Source of the DNA: a virus
DNA length: 64,000 nt
Reading direction: 5' to 3' (one strand)
Virus record (IMG/VR): IMGVR_UViG_3300028490_000395
Shown: piece after piece, positions 1 to 8,948 of the stretch
Layout of the letters: each line of letters begins with the position of its first letter
Position numbering within the stretch: the first letter of the stretch is position 1
Program-made: the position numbers and the translations under genes
The notes under the pieces: model-generated
Databases searched by the model: none
What the model was told of the DNA's origin: nothing
The model's input: the letters and a program-made list of their open reading frames with translations, nothing else

Positions 1-1686
1 CTATTTACCTTTCTTTACGATGCTCTTAATTTCTGAAAACAACTCTTTTGGTTTAACAGTTAAGTCTGTAACATCTACAACAACAGGATCTTTATTCTCC
101 ACACGCAACCCATTCTTTACGTCCTCAACATTCAAGTCCTTCTTTGACTCATTTAGCTCGTTTTGAAAATCAAGAATATTAGAGTTCTTTACTGAATTAG
201 CTAGATCAATAATATAAGTGTCACCTTTCCCAGAAGACATAGGTCTCCCAATTTGCTGAAAGAAGATAATTTTAGACGCTGTATCTCTTAAAAGAATAGC
301 TAGGTTTAGTTCAGGTAAATGTAACCCCTCATTAAACTTATCAACGGTATGAAGGATATTCGCACCGTGAGAGTTATCCTTGATATAAGAATCTAACTTT
401 ACAGATTGTTTCTTGCCTGAGATCTTAGAGTGAATAGAGTACGACCGAATATCATCGATATCATAAACATCTGAATCAATAAATGATTTATGAACATATT
501 TTCTAAGTCTATCAAGTTCTGAAATGTTGCTATAAAAAGCGATTGTTTTCTTAACAGTATTCGGGATATATGTCTTAATGATAGAGCCTAGACTTCCAAC
601 AGTATTTTCCCAAGAAGCAAGATCATCTAAATCTTTCATAAGCTTGTTTTTCTGTGTAGAAGACAATGACGACGAATCAACAAGATCTCTATGCTTGTCC
701 ATATCTTCAGAGATAGAATAAAGACCTTGGATAAACTTTGGTGCGATTAAATACCCTCTGTTAATAGCGTCAAACAAAGACATATCTCTTGCCATATTGT
801 TATCAAAAAACTCTCGGACATTAACACCGTCTTCTCTCTTTGGTGTAGCACTAAATCCTACAACTTTTGAGTTAGGATGCAATTCTAATACTCTGATAAC
901 ATTTTCTTTCCAACAGTCCGCTTCAATTCTATGAAACTCGTCAAAAAGAATCAGGTCATACTGCTCTTTATCTTCAGTAGAGTCCAAGCCGATATATGTA
1001 GAATAGTCAATATTGTCTGAGACTTCAACTTTAGAATGTCTAGACATTTGATCATTAAGCTCTGTACGAGGAGATACAACAAGAACACGCTTATTGTTAC
1101 GAACATACTCTAAAGAGAGAGCGATCATTAAACGCATCTTTCCTGTACCTGTTGGTTGAACAACACAAGCTTTGTCTTTTTTGTTAAGGATAGAGAGGAT
1201 GTTAAAGTATGTGTCTAAGTTAAATTTATAGAGATCAAACATTGTCTCAGGTAATACTTTTGACATTGGTAAAAGTAAGATTTGCTCAAGGTATTCAATA
1301 GATAAAAGAGAAATGGTACTTTCTGTTAAATCAAAGACTGCTTCAGTATCAAACCCTTTGAATGAAAATACTTTAAGTTGGTCAGGTCCAAACACTAGAT
1401 CCTTAGTGTCATCGAGAATAGAAGATAGATCATCTCCTGAAAGCTCTTGAAATTTAACTACAACAGATGTATCACCTAAAGTAAACCCAATATGAGAATC
1501 ATCTCTATTGTGCAAAGTTTTAAAGCCTCTCAACTTATGCATAGTTGATAAATAAAAGCCTAACGCCTCATCTCGATCTTTTTCAGACCCGAAATATTCT
1601 AGATCATTCTCAAAATAAGAGACAACTATTTTTAGATCTGTTTCTTCAACTAATCTTGATAATTCTGACATAACTTTCATTTTCAT
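1..1686 (-). CDS. SF2 (DEAD/DEAH-type) DNA/RNA helicase with ~170-aa N-terminal extension
   Basis: Motif I QPTGTGKM, motif II DEFH, motif III SAT and motif VI QQIGRPMS are all present. Stop codon sits at 1-3 and the ATG at 1684-1686, with AAAGGA upstream. Confidence 0.8.
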   Translation of the reverse strand: MKMKVMSELSRLVEETDLKIVVSYFENDLEYFGSEKDRDEALGFYLSTMHKLRGFKTLHNRDDSHIGFTLGDTSVVVKFQELSGDDLSSILDDTKDLVFGPDQLKVFSFKGFDTEAVFDLTESTISLLSIEYLEQILLLPMSKVLPETMFDLYKFNLDTYFNILSILNKKDKACVVQPTGTGKMRLMIALSLEYVRNNKRVLVVSPRTELNDQMSRHSKVEVSDNIDYSTYIGLDSTEDKEQYDLILFDEFHRIEADCWKENVIRVLELHPNSKVVGFSATPKREDGVNVREFFDNNMARDMSLFDAINRGYLIAPKFIQGLYSISEDMDKHRDLVDSSSLSSTQKNKLMKDLDDLASWENTVGSLGSIIKTYIPNTVKKTIAFYSNISELDRLRKYVHKSFIDSDVYDIDDIRSYSIHSKISGKKQSVKLDSYIKDNSHGANILHTVDKFNEGLHLPELNLAILLRDTASKIIFFQQIGRPMSSGKGDTYIIDLANSVKNSNILDFQNELNESKKDLNVEDVKNGLRVENKDPVVVDVTDLTVKPKELFSEIKSIVKKGK

Positions 1687-1875
1687 AATCTATCCTTTAA
1701 GTATATAGATTATACCGAAGACAAGCTAAAAGTTTATTGAATAATTATAGGTGAAATTATCTTTAATATATGACCGCTTAAGATATAATTTATCTTATCT
1801 ATGCTAGAATACTCTTAATCAAAAAATAAAAGAATACTTCTATTGAAGTGTAGATTTATTTACAGGAGAAAAATT

Positions 1876-2433
1876 ATGAATAAACAACCTCGAGTAGCTT
1901 TTTCAGCTGAACGAAATCAACCATTTACAAATGGACACTTTTATCTAAACTCAGAGATGCTAAGAGACAATGACGTGATCATTGTAGGCATCGGTTCAAC
2001 ACAGATTCAAGGAACTTCAAGAAACCCATTCTCACCAGAACAACGAAAAGAAATGTACTTTAAAGTTTTTGGTAAAACTAAAAAGATAAAATTTGTTTAT
2101 CTTCGAGATATTGGAGCTGTATATCCTGGAGAATGGCAAGACTATTGTCTTAAAAGAATCAAAGATTCAAGTTATCCTACTCCAACACATTACTACTGTG
2201 GATCAAAAACAGATGGATATTGGTTTGAAGGTGCAGAAAACCTAAATGGTGATCCTATTGAACTTGTTACTTTGAAAAGATACGACACACCTTTCATGCC
2301 AGGTACAAATATCAGAGCGTCAATTACAAATGATTCGGATGAGTGGGAAGAACATGTTCCTAAATGTCTGATTGAATACATTAAAGATAATTATCCAAAA
2401 GATCTTATGATTCAAGCTCACAGAGATCATTGA
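1876..2433 (+). CDS. nadM: NadM-type nicotinamide-nucleotide adenylyltransferase (HxGH nucleotidyltransferase)
   Basis: N-terminus ERNQPFTNGH...IGSTQ...RNPFSPEQR matches archaeal/bacterial NadM (GRMQPFHRGH...IGSAQ...RDPFT..ER). The track start at 1843 is TTG; ATG at 1876 follows AGGAG. Confidence 0.8.
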   Translation: MNKQPRVAFSAERNQPFTNGHFYLNSEMLRDNDVIIVGIGSTQIQGTSRNPFSPEQRKEMYFKVFGKTKKIKFVYLRDIGAVYPGEWQDYCLKRIKDSSYPTPTHYYCGSKTDGYWFEGAENLNGDPIELVTLKRYDTPFMPGTNIRASITNDSDEWEEHVPKCLIEYIKDNYPKDLMIQAHRDH

Positions 2434-2435
2434 TC

Positions 2436-2654
2436 ATGTGGGAATTTTATAGACGCGTTCTAAAATTACTCTATCCTGACATAGTTCTAATAGGGGATCG
2501 TGTTACAGTCAACAGTGGCAAAAAGGATGGGAAAGATTTTCTAGTAGTAGACATCTCAGTTATAAAGGGTGTCAAGAGTGCTAGGATAGAATTTTCAAAA
2601 GGGTATATGGAGTGGGTAAACTATAATTTAGTAAGCCTAGTAAAAGAAAAGTAA
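2436..2654 (+). CDS. hypothetical small protein, coupled to nadM stop
   Basis: ORF overlaps the nadM stop. Start could be TTG at 2430 or ATG at 2436. No recognizable motif. Confidence 0.4.
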   Translation: MWEFYRRVLKLLYPDIVLIGDRVTVNSGKKDGKDFLVVDISVIKGVKSARIEFSKGYMEWVNYNLVSLVKEK

Positions 2655-2754
2655 AAAGTGACCAAAACGTGATTTGTCCTAAAAAGCTGCGAAATTCAAG
2701 TAGTACAATAGATCTGTTCAATTGAATAGAATAATATGTACAAGGAGAACTAAT

Positions 2755-3348
2755 ATGTATAAGAATATACTTGTAGTCGTAGACTACCAAAGAGACTTCG
2801 TAAGTCCAGAAGGTGCACTTTATGTACCTGAAGCAGAAACAGTTGCCGCAAGGATTCAACAAGAGATAGACAATCCTAAGTACGATGCGATTGTATATAC
2901 AATGGATACACATATCAAAGAAGACTATGCTAGTTCAAAAGAAGTCAAGATCTTTCCTCTTCACTGTGAGTTCAACACAAAAGGGTGGGAATTCTTTATA
3001 ATCAGACCAAGAAGCAGAGAGGTTAGAATAACTGTAGAAGAAGGTGTTCTTGAAACGCCAAGAGATTTTTCTGTGGAGAATGAATTTGTCTTTATGAAAG
3101 ATGAGTTTAGTGTTTGGGAAGGAAATTCTCAATACGAAACATGGATCAGAGATAATGTTGAAAAAGAGGCTTCTGTAACGGTTGTCGGTGTTGCCACAAA
3201 TTATTGTGTGTTTCAGAATGCAATGGGATATGAAAAGCTTGGAATCTCAAGCGTTTCTGTCATTGGCGATGCAGTAAGAGGTATTCCAGATGATACCTAC
3301 GAAGCAAAAGTTATTGAGATGAAAGATCAAAATGTTCGCTTCCGCTAA
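2755..3348 (+). CDS. pncA: nicotinamidase (isochorismatase family)
   Basis: LVVVDYQRDF catalytic Asp region. Metal-binding D-x-H...PLHC aligns with the PncA D49/H51/H71 region. The catalytic Cys sits in VGVATNYCV. ATG at 2755 follows AAGGAGA. Confidence 0.85.
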   Translation: MYKNILVVVDYQRDFVSPEGALYVPEAETVAARIQQEIDNPKYDAIVYTMDTHIKEDYASSKEVKIFPLHCEFNTKGWEFFIIRPRSREVRITVEEGVLETPRDFSVENEFVFMKDEFSVWEGNSQYETWIRDNVEKEASVTVVGVATNYCVFQNAMGYEKLGISSVSVIGDAVRGIPDDTYEAKVIEMKDQNVRFR

Positions 3349-3967
3349 TTATTCAATCATAACGGACTTTGGTTGTCCGTTTATGTGTGCGTTCTGTATC
3401 ACAAACTCTCAAAACTCAAAAAAGAAGTTTACTTTTAATGAAGAAGTATTCTCTGATATATCAGAGAGTCTCTCTAAGGGGTCTTACAGGCGCATCTCAG
3501 TGTCAGGAGGAGGTGAGCCTCTCTTTGTACACAACAATGAGATTCAGGCATTCTATGACAGGCTATTTAAGTTTGGAAAAGAAAAAAACATACCGATACA
3601 TGTTCATACAAATATCGTTGCTCCAAACGCTTTAGCTAGGAAGTTTGATAAGGTGACTATTTCAATCAACGAAGAGAACTTTCTTAAAAAGTATTTTCTA
3701 TGGGAGGATGTCAAAGATAAAAGATTTGTGCATGTTTCAGATGGGTCAGATGTTACGCTGATCAAAGAGATGATCTTTAATCTAGATAAAGATTCTCAGC
3801 TAACTATAAAGCAAATGGATGGGGTTGACGCTTCATGCTTTGTAGATGTAATAAAAGAGTGCACTCTGGATCAAAGGGTTATGTTCCTCGCTGAAGGTGA
3901 TTATAACCTGTACTATGTACTAAATGAAAGAAAAGAATTTCATAAATTCAAGGATATAAGCTTTTAA
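3332..3967 (+). CDS. small radical-SAM enzyme, activase-like (PflA/NrdG/QueE-like fold)
   Basis: CPFMCAFC (CxxxCxxC) at residues 15-22 and a GGGEPLF motif. About 211 aa. Overlaps the pncA end by 17 nt. Confidence 0.65.
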   Translation: MFASANYSIITDFGCPFMCAFCITNSQNSKKKFTFNEEVFSDISESLSKGSYRRISVSGGGEPLFVHNNEIQAFYDRLFKFGKEKNIPIHVHTNIVAPNALARKFDKVTISINEENFLKKYFLWEDVKDKRFVHVSDGSDVTLIKEMIFNLDKDSQLTIKQMDGVDASCFVDVIKECTLDQRVMFLAEGDYNLYYVLNERKEFHKFKDISF

Positions 3968-4074
3968 TGTTCTTCTAAGTTTTATTAGCATATAATTGAT
4001 TATCAATAGTTGGGAAACTAGATAAAAATCCCAACTGGGATTTGATAGTGTCTCTCCTAAAAAAAGGATATACC

Positions 4075-4668
4075 GTGAAGAAAAAGTTAATAAACATCGA
4101 TTTCGATGGCCCTCTCTATGACTTACAGTCAGTTCAAAATGAATTTTTACTACAAGAAACAGGTGTTCTAGTTAAACCAGAAGATGTCCAAACATGGGAT
4201 TATTATATAGATAATCATCCAAGGATATTTGAAGTATGGTCTAATTTTGAACATTACTCAAAAGGGTCTCTAATCCAAGGTGCAAGAAAGTTTTTTGACG
4301 ATCTTATGAAGATACCTGGAATTACAATTGACGATGTTTGTATTCTAACTCATACCAGAGGGGATATGGATGATAAAAAGGATGAGCTAATTAGAAGATT
4401 ACTACCAGATCATAAAGTTGACATCTATCATGTTCATGCAAAAGACAAGCAAGATATAGTGGGGACTAATTTTATCGTGGATGACTACGATGACACTATT
4501 AAAAGATGCTCTGAAAATGGGGCAACGTGCTCATTGTTCGACGGTAATATATATCACTATTCAGAGAAGGGTATTGAAAACAGCTTAAACAATGTTACAA
4601 GAGCAATGTCTCATGACGATGTTATTCACTCTATTGAAGGGTTTTTAAAAGCTAAAGGTATTAAGTAA
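4075..4668 (+). CDS. HAD-superfamily 5'(3')-deoxyribonucleotidase-like phosphatase
   Basis: NIDFDGPLYDL matches the dNT motif VDMDGVLADF. FIVDDYDD matches LLIDDRPD. GTG at 4075 follows AAGGA; the track gives TTG at 4042. Confidence 0.7.
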   Translation: MKKKLINIDFDGPLYDLQSVQNEFLLQETGVLVKPEDVQTWDYYIDNHPRIFEVWSNFEHYSKGSLIQGARKFFDDLMKIPGITIDDVCILTHTRGDMDDKKDELIRRLLPDHKVDIYHVHAKDKQDIVGTNFIVDDYDDTIKRCSENGATCSLFDGNIYHYSEKGIENSLNNVTRAMSHDDVIHSIEGFLKAKGIK

Positions 4669-4713
4669 CTCCATTATAAAAAACAAAATTTAGCTATACT
4701 CTGTAAAAATATT

Positions 4714-6531
4714 ATGAGGGTATCTGCTATGTTTAGCTTTAAAAAATCAAATCCAACTCCAAGCTTGAAAGAACTGTTAAATTTTAAAGAAGTTGACAAG
4801 ATTTCATCCGTTAAATTTTCAAGTATGCCTCTTCTATCTGATAATAAACGACATTCTTTTATTATTCTTCAAATAAAAGAACGGGCAAATATAGACGATC
4901 AAATGGATGAGCAGCGTATTTTTTACAGAAAGTTAAAAAAAGAGATTGAAGGTAAAAAACATTTATCTACTTCCGTATCCCTCCAAACATTAAGAAAAGT
5001 AATCTATCCAAGATTTGAGAACTTTGAATCCGATCGTATAGAGATTCCTATCCATGAAGCATTATCAAAAGAGTTTCAAAAATCAATAAGTGATTGTCGA
5101 ACTAATTTTTTCACATATAAATCATTTATAGTTATTAGATTCTCAAAGTTAACAAAAAAAGCAACATATGAGTTTGCCGAGATAATTAAGCTTTTATCAG
5201 ACAGTAATTTACTTCAAGTTGATCAGAATGAAATAAGCAAGTTCTTTGACAATGACTATATTGAGATGGATCCTTTTCACAATATTATTGCAAGTGAAGG
5301 AGAGTCACACTATCAAATTCTTATAGATTCTATGTACAACGTTTTTACGGATTCCAAGGCAGAAAAGTTCAAAGATGATTTGATTGCAGCTTTTGGAAAT
5401 AATTTCATTACATATAACGGCGTTGTTCCAACAGTATCAGAGAACGGGGTGTGTTCTTTTCTCGATATAGATGACTCTTTTTCTATTATTGGGATAGCAG
5501 GAAGTGGAAAGACAACGCAAATGTCAAGTATTGTAAAAAGTTATCTAGATAAAGGCACTAGAACTTACATTATAGACAATTCTGAATCGTATGAACATTT
5601 TTCTAAATTCTTCAATTCAAAAAGATTTGATTTAAATAAAGACTTATCTATAAATATTCTTTCGCTAGTTTCAGAAGACAATGACAACAACGAGATTATA
5701 GATGCTTATATCGATGTTATTAATGCTTTAGTTGGAGGGATGCAACGGGCTGAAAGAAATCAAGTTAAAGAGGTCGTTAAACATGTTGTGTTTTCAAAGA
5801 AGAACAAAGGCACATTAAAAGATGTCGTTAAAGAGATGGGTAAAAACAATAAGCTTTACTCGTTAATGGGGAAGTTAAAGCCTTATATAGAGGAGTCTTC
5901 AGAATATTATAATGTTCTTAATTCACCATGTGAAATAAGCTTTGGAATGGAAGATCTTTTTGTATTAGATTGTTCTGAGTTATATAAAGATACAAAACTG
6001 AGAGAGGCTATCCTCATATCTACAATATTGATAATAAAAGAGATCGAAAAGAAAAAGAGTGGATCATTCTTACTAATTTTGGAAGGCGTGGATGAATATT
6101 TAAGAACCGACACGACTTCATTTATAAAAGATGTAAACAACAACTTTAAAAGTTTACACGGTAAATTAGGGGTTTCATTGGACTATTCTTTTCATAAAGA
6201 AAATTTAGATGCACTTCCATTATCTTCAATTATCATCTATCAAAGAGCCGGGAACTTTTTATCTCAGGGAATTTTAAACAATTCCATTCATCTAAACCTA
6301 GAGGTGAAAGAGTTTTTGCTTGCGCATGAAACAGAAAATTTTAATTCCTACAAAATGATCATGACAAAAGACAACAAAGTATTATTTAAGGGTCGGCCTA
6401 TTTTTGGATATGATCCGGGACTATTAACTGGTTCATATAGAGTAAAAAAAGAGATTGATTTGAAAATCAGATCAGGGTTATCAGAGGAAGAATCTTTAAA
6501 GAAAGTTATTAAAGAAAATTCTTTAGGTTAG
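4714..6531 (+). CDS. P-loop NTPase (Walker A IIGIAGSGKTT mid-protein), possibly HerA/VirB4-like
   Basis: Walker A at about residue 265 and a candidate Walker B LLILEGVDE. The family is not resolved. An alternative ATG at 4732 follows GAGGG. Confidence 0.55.
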   Translation: MRVSAMFSFKKSNPTPSLKELLNFKEVDKISSVKFSSMPLLSDNKRHSFIILQIKERANIDDQMDEQRIFYRKLKKEIEGKKHLSTSVSLQTLRKVIYPRFENFESDRIEIPIHEALSKEFQKSISDCRTNFFTYKSFIVIRFSKLTKKATYEFAEIIKLLSDSNLLQVDQNEISKFFDNDYIEMDPFHNIIASEGESHYQILIDSMYNVFTDSKAEKFKDDLIAAFGNNFITYNGVVPTVSENGVCSFLDIDDSFSIIGIAGSGKTTQMSSIVKSYLDKGTRTYIIDNSESYEHFSKFFNSKRFDLNKDLSINILSLVSEDNDNNEIIDAYIDVINALVGGMQRAERNQVKEVVKHVVFSKKNKGTLKDVVKEMGKNNKLYSLMGKLKPYIEESSEYYNVLNSPCEISFGMEDLFVLDCSELYKDTKLREAILISTILIIKEIEKKKSGSFLLILEGVDEYLRTDTTSFIKDVNNNFKSLHGKLGVSLDYSFHKENLDALPLSSIIIYQRAGNFLSQGILNNSIHLNLEVKEFLLAHETENFNSYKMIMTKDNKVLFKGRPIFGYDPGLLTGSYRVKKEIDLKIRSGLSEEESLKKVIKENSLG

Positions 6532-6571
6532 TGTAATATCTTCTATGTTATCCTTTTGAAAAGGTTGAACT

Positions 6572-6787
6572 ATGGAAAAGTTTTATAAAGTTAGAAATAA
6601 GCAAACAGGGCTCTTTTTCAATAAAGACTCATACAAAGAGAGTGAAAAGGGATCAACATTCAAGATCTTATCTGCAGCAGAAAGATTAAAGGGATATATA
6701 TCGGACTATCCTAATGTTAATGCGAACCATGATACTCTTGAAATCGTTGTTTTTGGACTAGTTGAGATTTCTGTGGTAGGAGACTGA
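6572..6787 (+). CDS. small protein (71 aa) coupled to the ATP-grasp gene
   Basis: Its stop lies 2 nt before the ATP-grasp ATG. Its C-terminus ...EISVVGD contains the SD site of the next gene. Confidence 0.5.
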   Translation: MEKFYKVRNKQTGLFFNKDSYKESEKGSTFKILSAAERLKGYISDYPNVNANHDTLEIVVFGLVEISVVGD

Positions 6788-6788
6788 T

Positions 6789-7997
6789 ATGGCTTCTTTT
6801 TTATACCAGTCTAGATTCCCATTAGGTTCAATACCTTTCGATGCTCCTACACCTCTTAAAACTCTCTACATAGACATTATTAGATCTATGGACATCTCAA
6901 CAACTGAAAGAAATGTGGATAAGGAAGATTGGATTGAATCTGTGATTCCATTAATTGAACTTTATAAGCAAAAAGATGTGCACACAATTTTAGTGCTAGA
7001 TATTTCTAACAATAACTTCAAACAGTTCTTGTCAAAGGAAAAAGAATATTCAAAAGAGTTTATCTCCGTTGGTCTGTATCTTAAAAAGAATTTTACTAAA
7101 GAAATAAAAGTTGACGGATTGACGATATCTGTTGTTTTCCCGAGAGAGCCTGATTATGTTGAGTATGAAGGGTATATGTATCCTATGCTTCAATCATTTA
7201 AGGAAAACTCAAATAGAGTAATTTATGGTCTTTTTTCTACATACGATGAAGAAGGAGTATCCTATGCTAAAAAGAAAATGGATGATCTAACAAAAGCAGG
7301 GTATAAGAATGAATACTCTGAGCATACTAAGATAATTTCAGAAGAAAAAGCTAAAGAGGCAAGAGCTTTCAGTGCAGCAAAGAACTATTATGAGCTTGGT
7401 TTAAAATGTAAAGAAAATTCAATAGAAGACAAGCTTTCTGAATTGTCTTATGCTCAAGATGAAGATATTAAGGACTATTTTATTAAAACTGTCAAGAAAA
7501 ATTGGGCGCTAAAGATCTCTATTAAAAAGAACTCAAGTAGATCAGACGTGTACAATGAGTTTGTAAACATTTTTGAGTACGCATGGTGTGAAACCTTAAG
7601 AAATAGTATCGACACAATCTTATTGCAAGACTATGCTGATATAACTTACGAATATAGATTTATAGTCTTAAACAGTGTTCTTGTTTGTGGGGCTGGGTGC
7701 ATAGAAGAATTTACACCCGTAGACAATATTGGTGGTAAATTTGATACACAACTGAAAGAGTATAGATACGATAAACAAATACTTGTAGATGTTGAGAAAG
7801 TAGAAGAACTAAAATCTTTTGCAGAGACTATAGTTGAAAAGATTACTCTTGAAGATGACTTTTTCCAAAACTATAGCTTAGACATTGGGATTATAAATGG
7901 AAGACCTGGGATTATTGAAATAAATCCTTACGCAAATGTGGGGATGTATGCCCTAGATTATTCAAATGTTTTAAGACATTTAACAAAGGGAGAATAA
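6789..7997 (+). CDS. ATP-grasp family ligase
   Basis: C-terminal half carries ATP-grasp signatures: a Lys-rich ISIKK, LLQDYADITYEYRFIV (E-x-R), and GIINGRPGIIEINPYAN (EIN motif). AGGAG lies 6 nt upstream of the ATG. Confidence 0.7.
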   Translation: MASFLYQSRFPLGSIPFDAPTPLKTLYIDIIRSMDISTTERNVDKEDWIESVIPLIELYKQKDVHTILVLDISNNNFKQFLSKEKEYSKEFISVGLYLKKNFTKEIKVDGLTISVVFPREPDYVEYEGYMYPMLQSFKENSNRVIYGLFSTYDEEGVSYAKKKMDDLTKAGYKNEYSEHTKIISEEKAKEARAFSAAKNYYELGLKCKENSIEDKLSELSYAQDEDIKDYFIKTVKKNWALKISIKKNSSRSDVYNEFVNIFEYAWCETLRNSIDTILLQDYADITYEYRFIVLNSVLVCGAGCIEEFTPVDNIGGKFDTQLKEYRYDKQILVDVEKVEELKSFAETIVEKITLEDDFFQNYSLDIGIINGRPGIIEINPYANVGMYALDYSNVLRHLTKGE

Positions 7998-8405
7998 ATG
8001 GGAAATTATACAAACTGTCCAAAGTGTAATGGGTTAGATATTTCACAAGAAGATTGTGGATATTCAAGTTTCAATGTTGGGACGATACGCTGCGTGTGTG
8101 GATTTGAGTTGAAGACAACGTGTAGCTGCTATCCTCAAGATGAGTTAATCTCATACTGGAATAAAACAGTTGCGGTCTTAAATGAGATTGCACAGCTTGA
8201 TCAAAAGAAGATGATAGAGCTTGCACAAGCGTTGTATTTAGAGGATGTAGTTATAGGGAACTCCACCTTAATGAATATAGTGGGACCGGCACCAAAGACT
8301 CTATGTAAGAGCTGCGCAGGGCATGGGACTATTGTAATTAAGCAAGGATTCCACAACCCACCACCAGAGACTTGTGAAAGCTGTAAAGGAACAGGGTATA
8401 TCTAA
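7998..8405 (+). CDS. Cys-rich zinc-finger protein with DnaJ-type CxxCxGxG repeats
   Basis: CPKCNG, CKSCAGHGT and CESCKGTGYI repeats. Its start codon abuts the stop of the ATP-grasp gene. Confidence 0.6.
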   Translation: MGNYTNCPKCNGLDISQEDCGYSSFNVGTIRCVCGFELKTTCSCYPQDELISYWNKTVAVLNEIAQLDQKKMIELAQALYLEDVVIGNSTLMNIVGPAPKTLCKSCAGHGTIVIKQGFHNPPPETCESCKGTGYI

Positions 8406-8425
8406 GTAGAAGACTCACCCAATTC

Positions 8426-8596
8426 TTACTCTTCAAGATCAGCTTTTCTTGAGGTAAGCACTTGATTCTCTAGAAAGTCTGTATCTCCTAAATCATTATC
8501 TGACAAATCAGTTATATCAAGGGCTTCGTTATCTGCATCTTCAATAGTGTCTGCCTCGATAATCAAGTATGTAGCAACTTCAATTAAGAATTTCAT
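8426..8596 (-). CDS. small acidic protein (56 aa), not in ORF track
   Basis: ATG preceded by AAGGATC. Sequence MKFLIEVATYLIIEADTIEDADNE.... Confidence 0.35.
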   Translation of the reverse strand: MKFLIEVATYLIIEADTIEDADNEALDITDLSDNDLGDTDFLENQVLTSRKADLEE

Positions 8597-8745
8597 GGTA
8601 GATCCTTTTCTTTTTTATGACATATTATACTTACAAAGGGCTGACTAAGTCCACGGACTATAGTCCTCAATTTTAAATAAAAGAGTTATTTTTTATCAGA
8701 AAACATACATACAACAATATCAATCCAAATTTTAAAGGAGTTATT

Positions 8746-8910
8746 ATGGCTAGTTTCAATAAACAACCATATTGGTATATAGAAGGAAGTCGTGTTTTTG
8801 AAGGCCCATGGTCAATGTCTCGCGATTTTGCTATTAAGAAGTTCGGGCGTGTTTTTGATTCATATTCTTCAGCTAACAATTATCACTTAGCAGGAATTAT
8901 GGCGGGTTAA
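8746..8910 (+). CDS. small protein (54 aa), not in ORF track
   Basis: AAGGAG lies 7 nt upstream of the ATG. It replaces the antisense track ORF 8673..8879. Confidence 0.5.
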   Translation: MASFNKQPYWYIEGSRVFEGPWSMSRDFAIKKFGRVFDSYSSANNYHLAGIMAG

Positions 8911-8948
8911 TTAACCTCAACAATATATTTTATAATAAAGGAAAAAAG

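Noticed and set aside
2581-2913. 110-aa minus ORF overlapping the pncA start and the small ORF 2436..2654.
   Set aside because: Cys/Tyr/Leu-rich low-complexity translation antisense to pncA. Unlikely to be real.
1843-4074. N-terminal extensions in the ORF track starting at TTG codons (1843, 2722, 4042; also 20226, 48742, 33141).
   Set aside because: Downstream ATG or GTG codons have canonical AGGAG-type SD sites at the correct spacing. The extensions have none.
6912-6920. DnaA-box-like 9-mers (tgtggataa at 6912; taatccaca at about 26027).
   Set aside because: Single occurrences inside coding sequence. I noticed no clustered boxes or AT-rich unwinding element that would indicate an origin.
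6789-7997. Considered whether the 402-aa protein is the missing PncB (nicotinate phosphoribosyltransferase).
   Set aside because: I found no GTxAH-type phosphohistidine motif. The C-terminal half instead fits ATP-grasp signatures.
8673-8879. Minus-strand 68-aa ORF from the track.
   Set aside because: It overlaps a plus-strand ORF (8746..8910) that has a strong AAGGAG SD. The minus ORF has no RBS.
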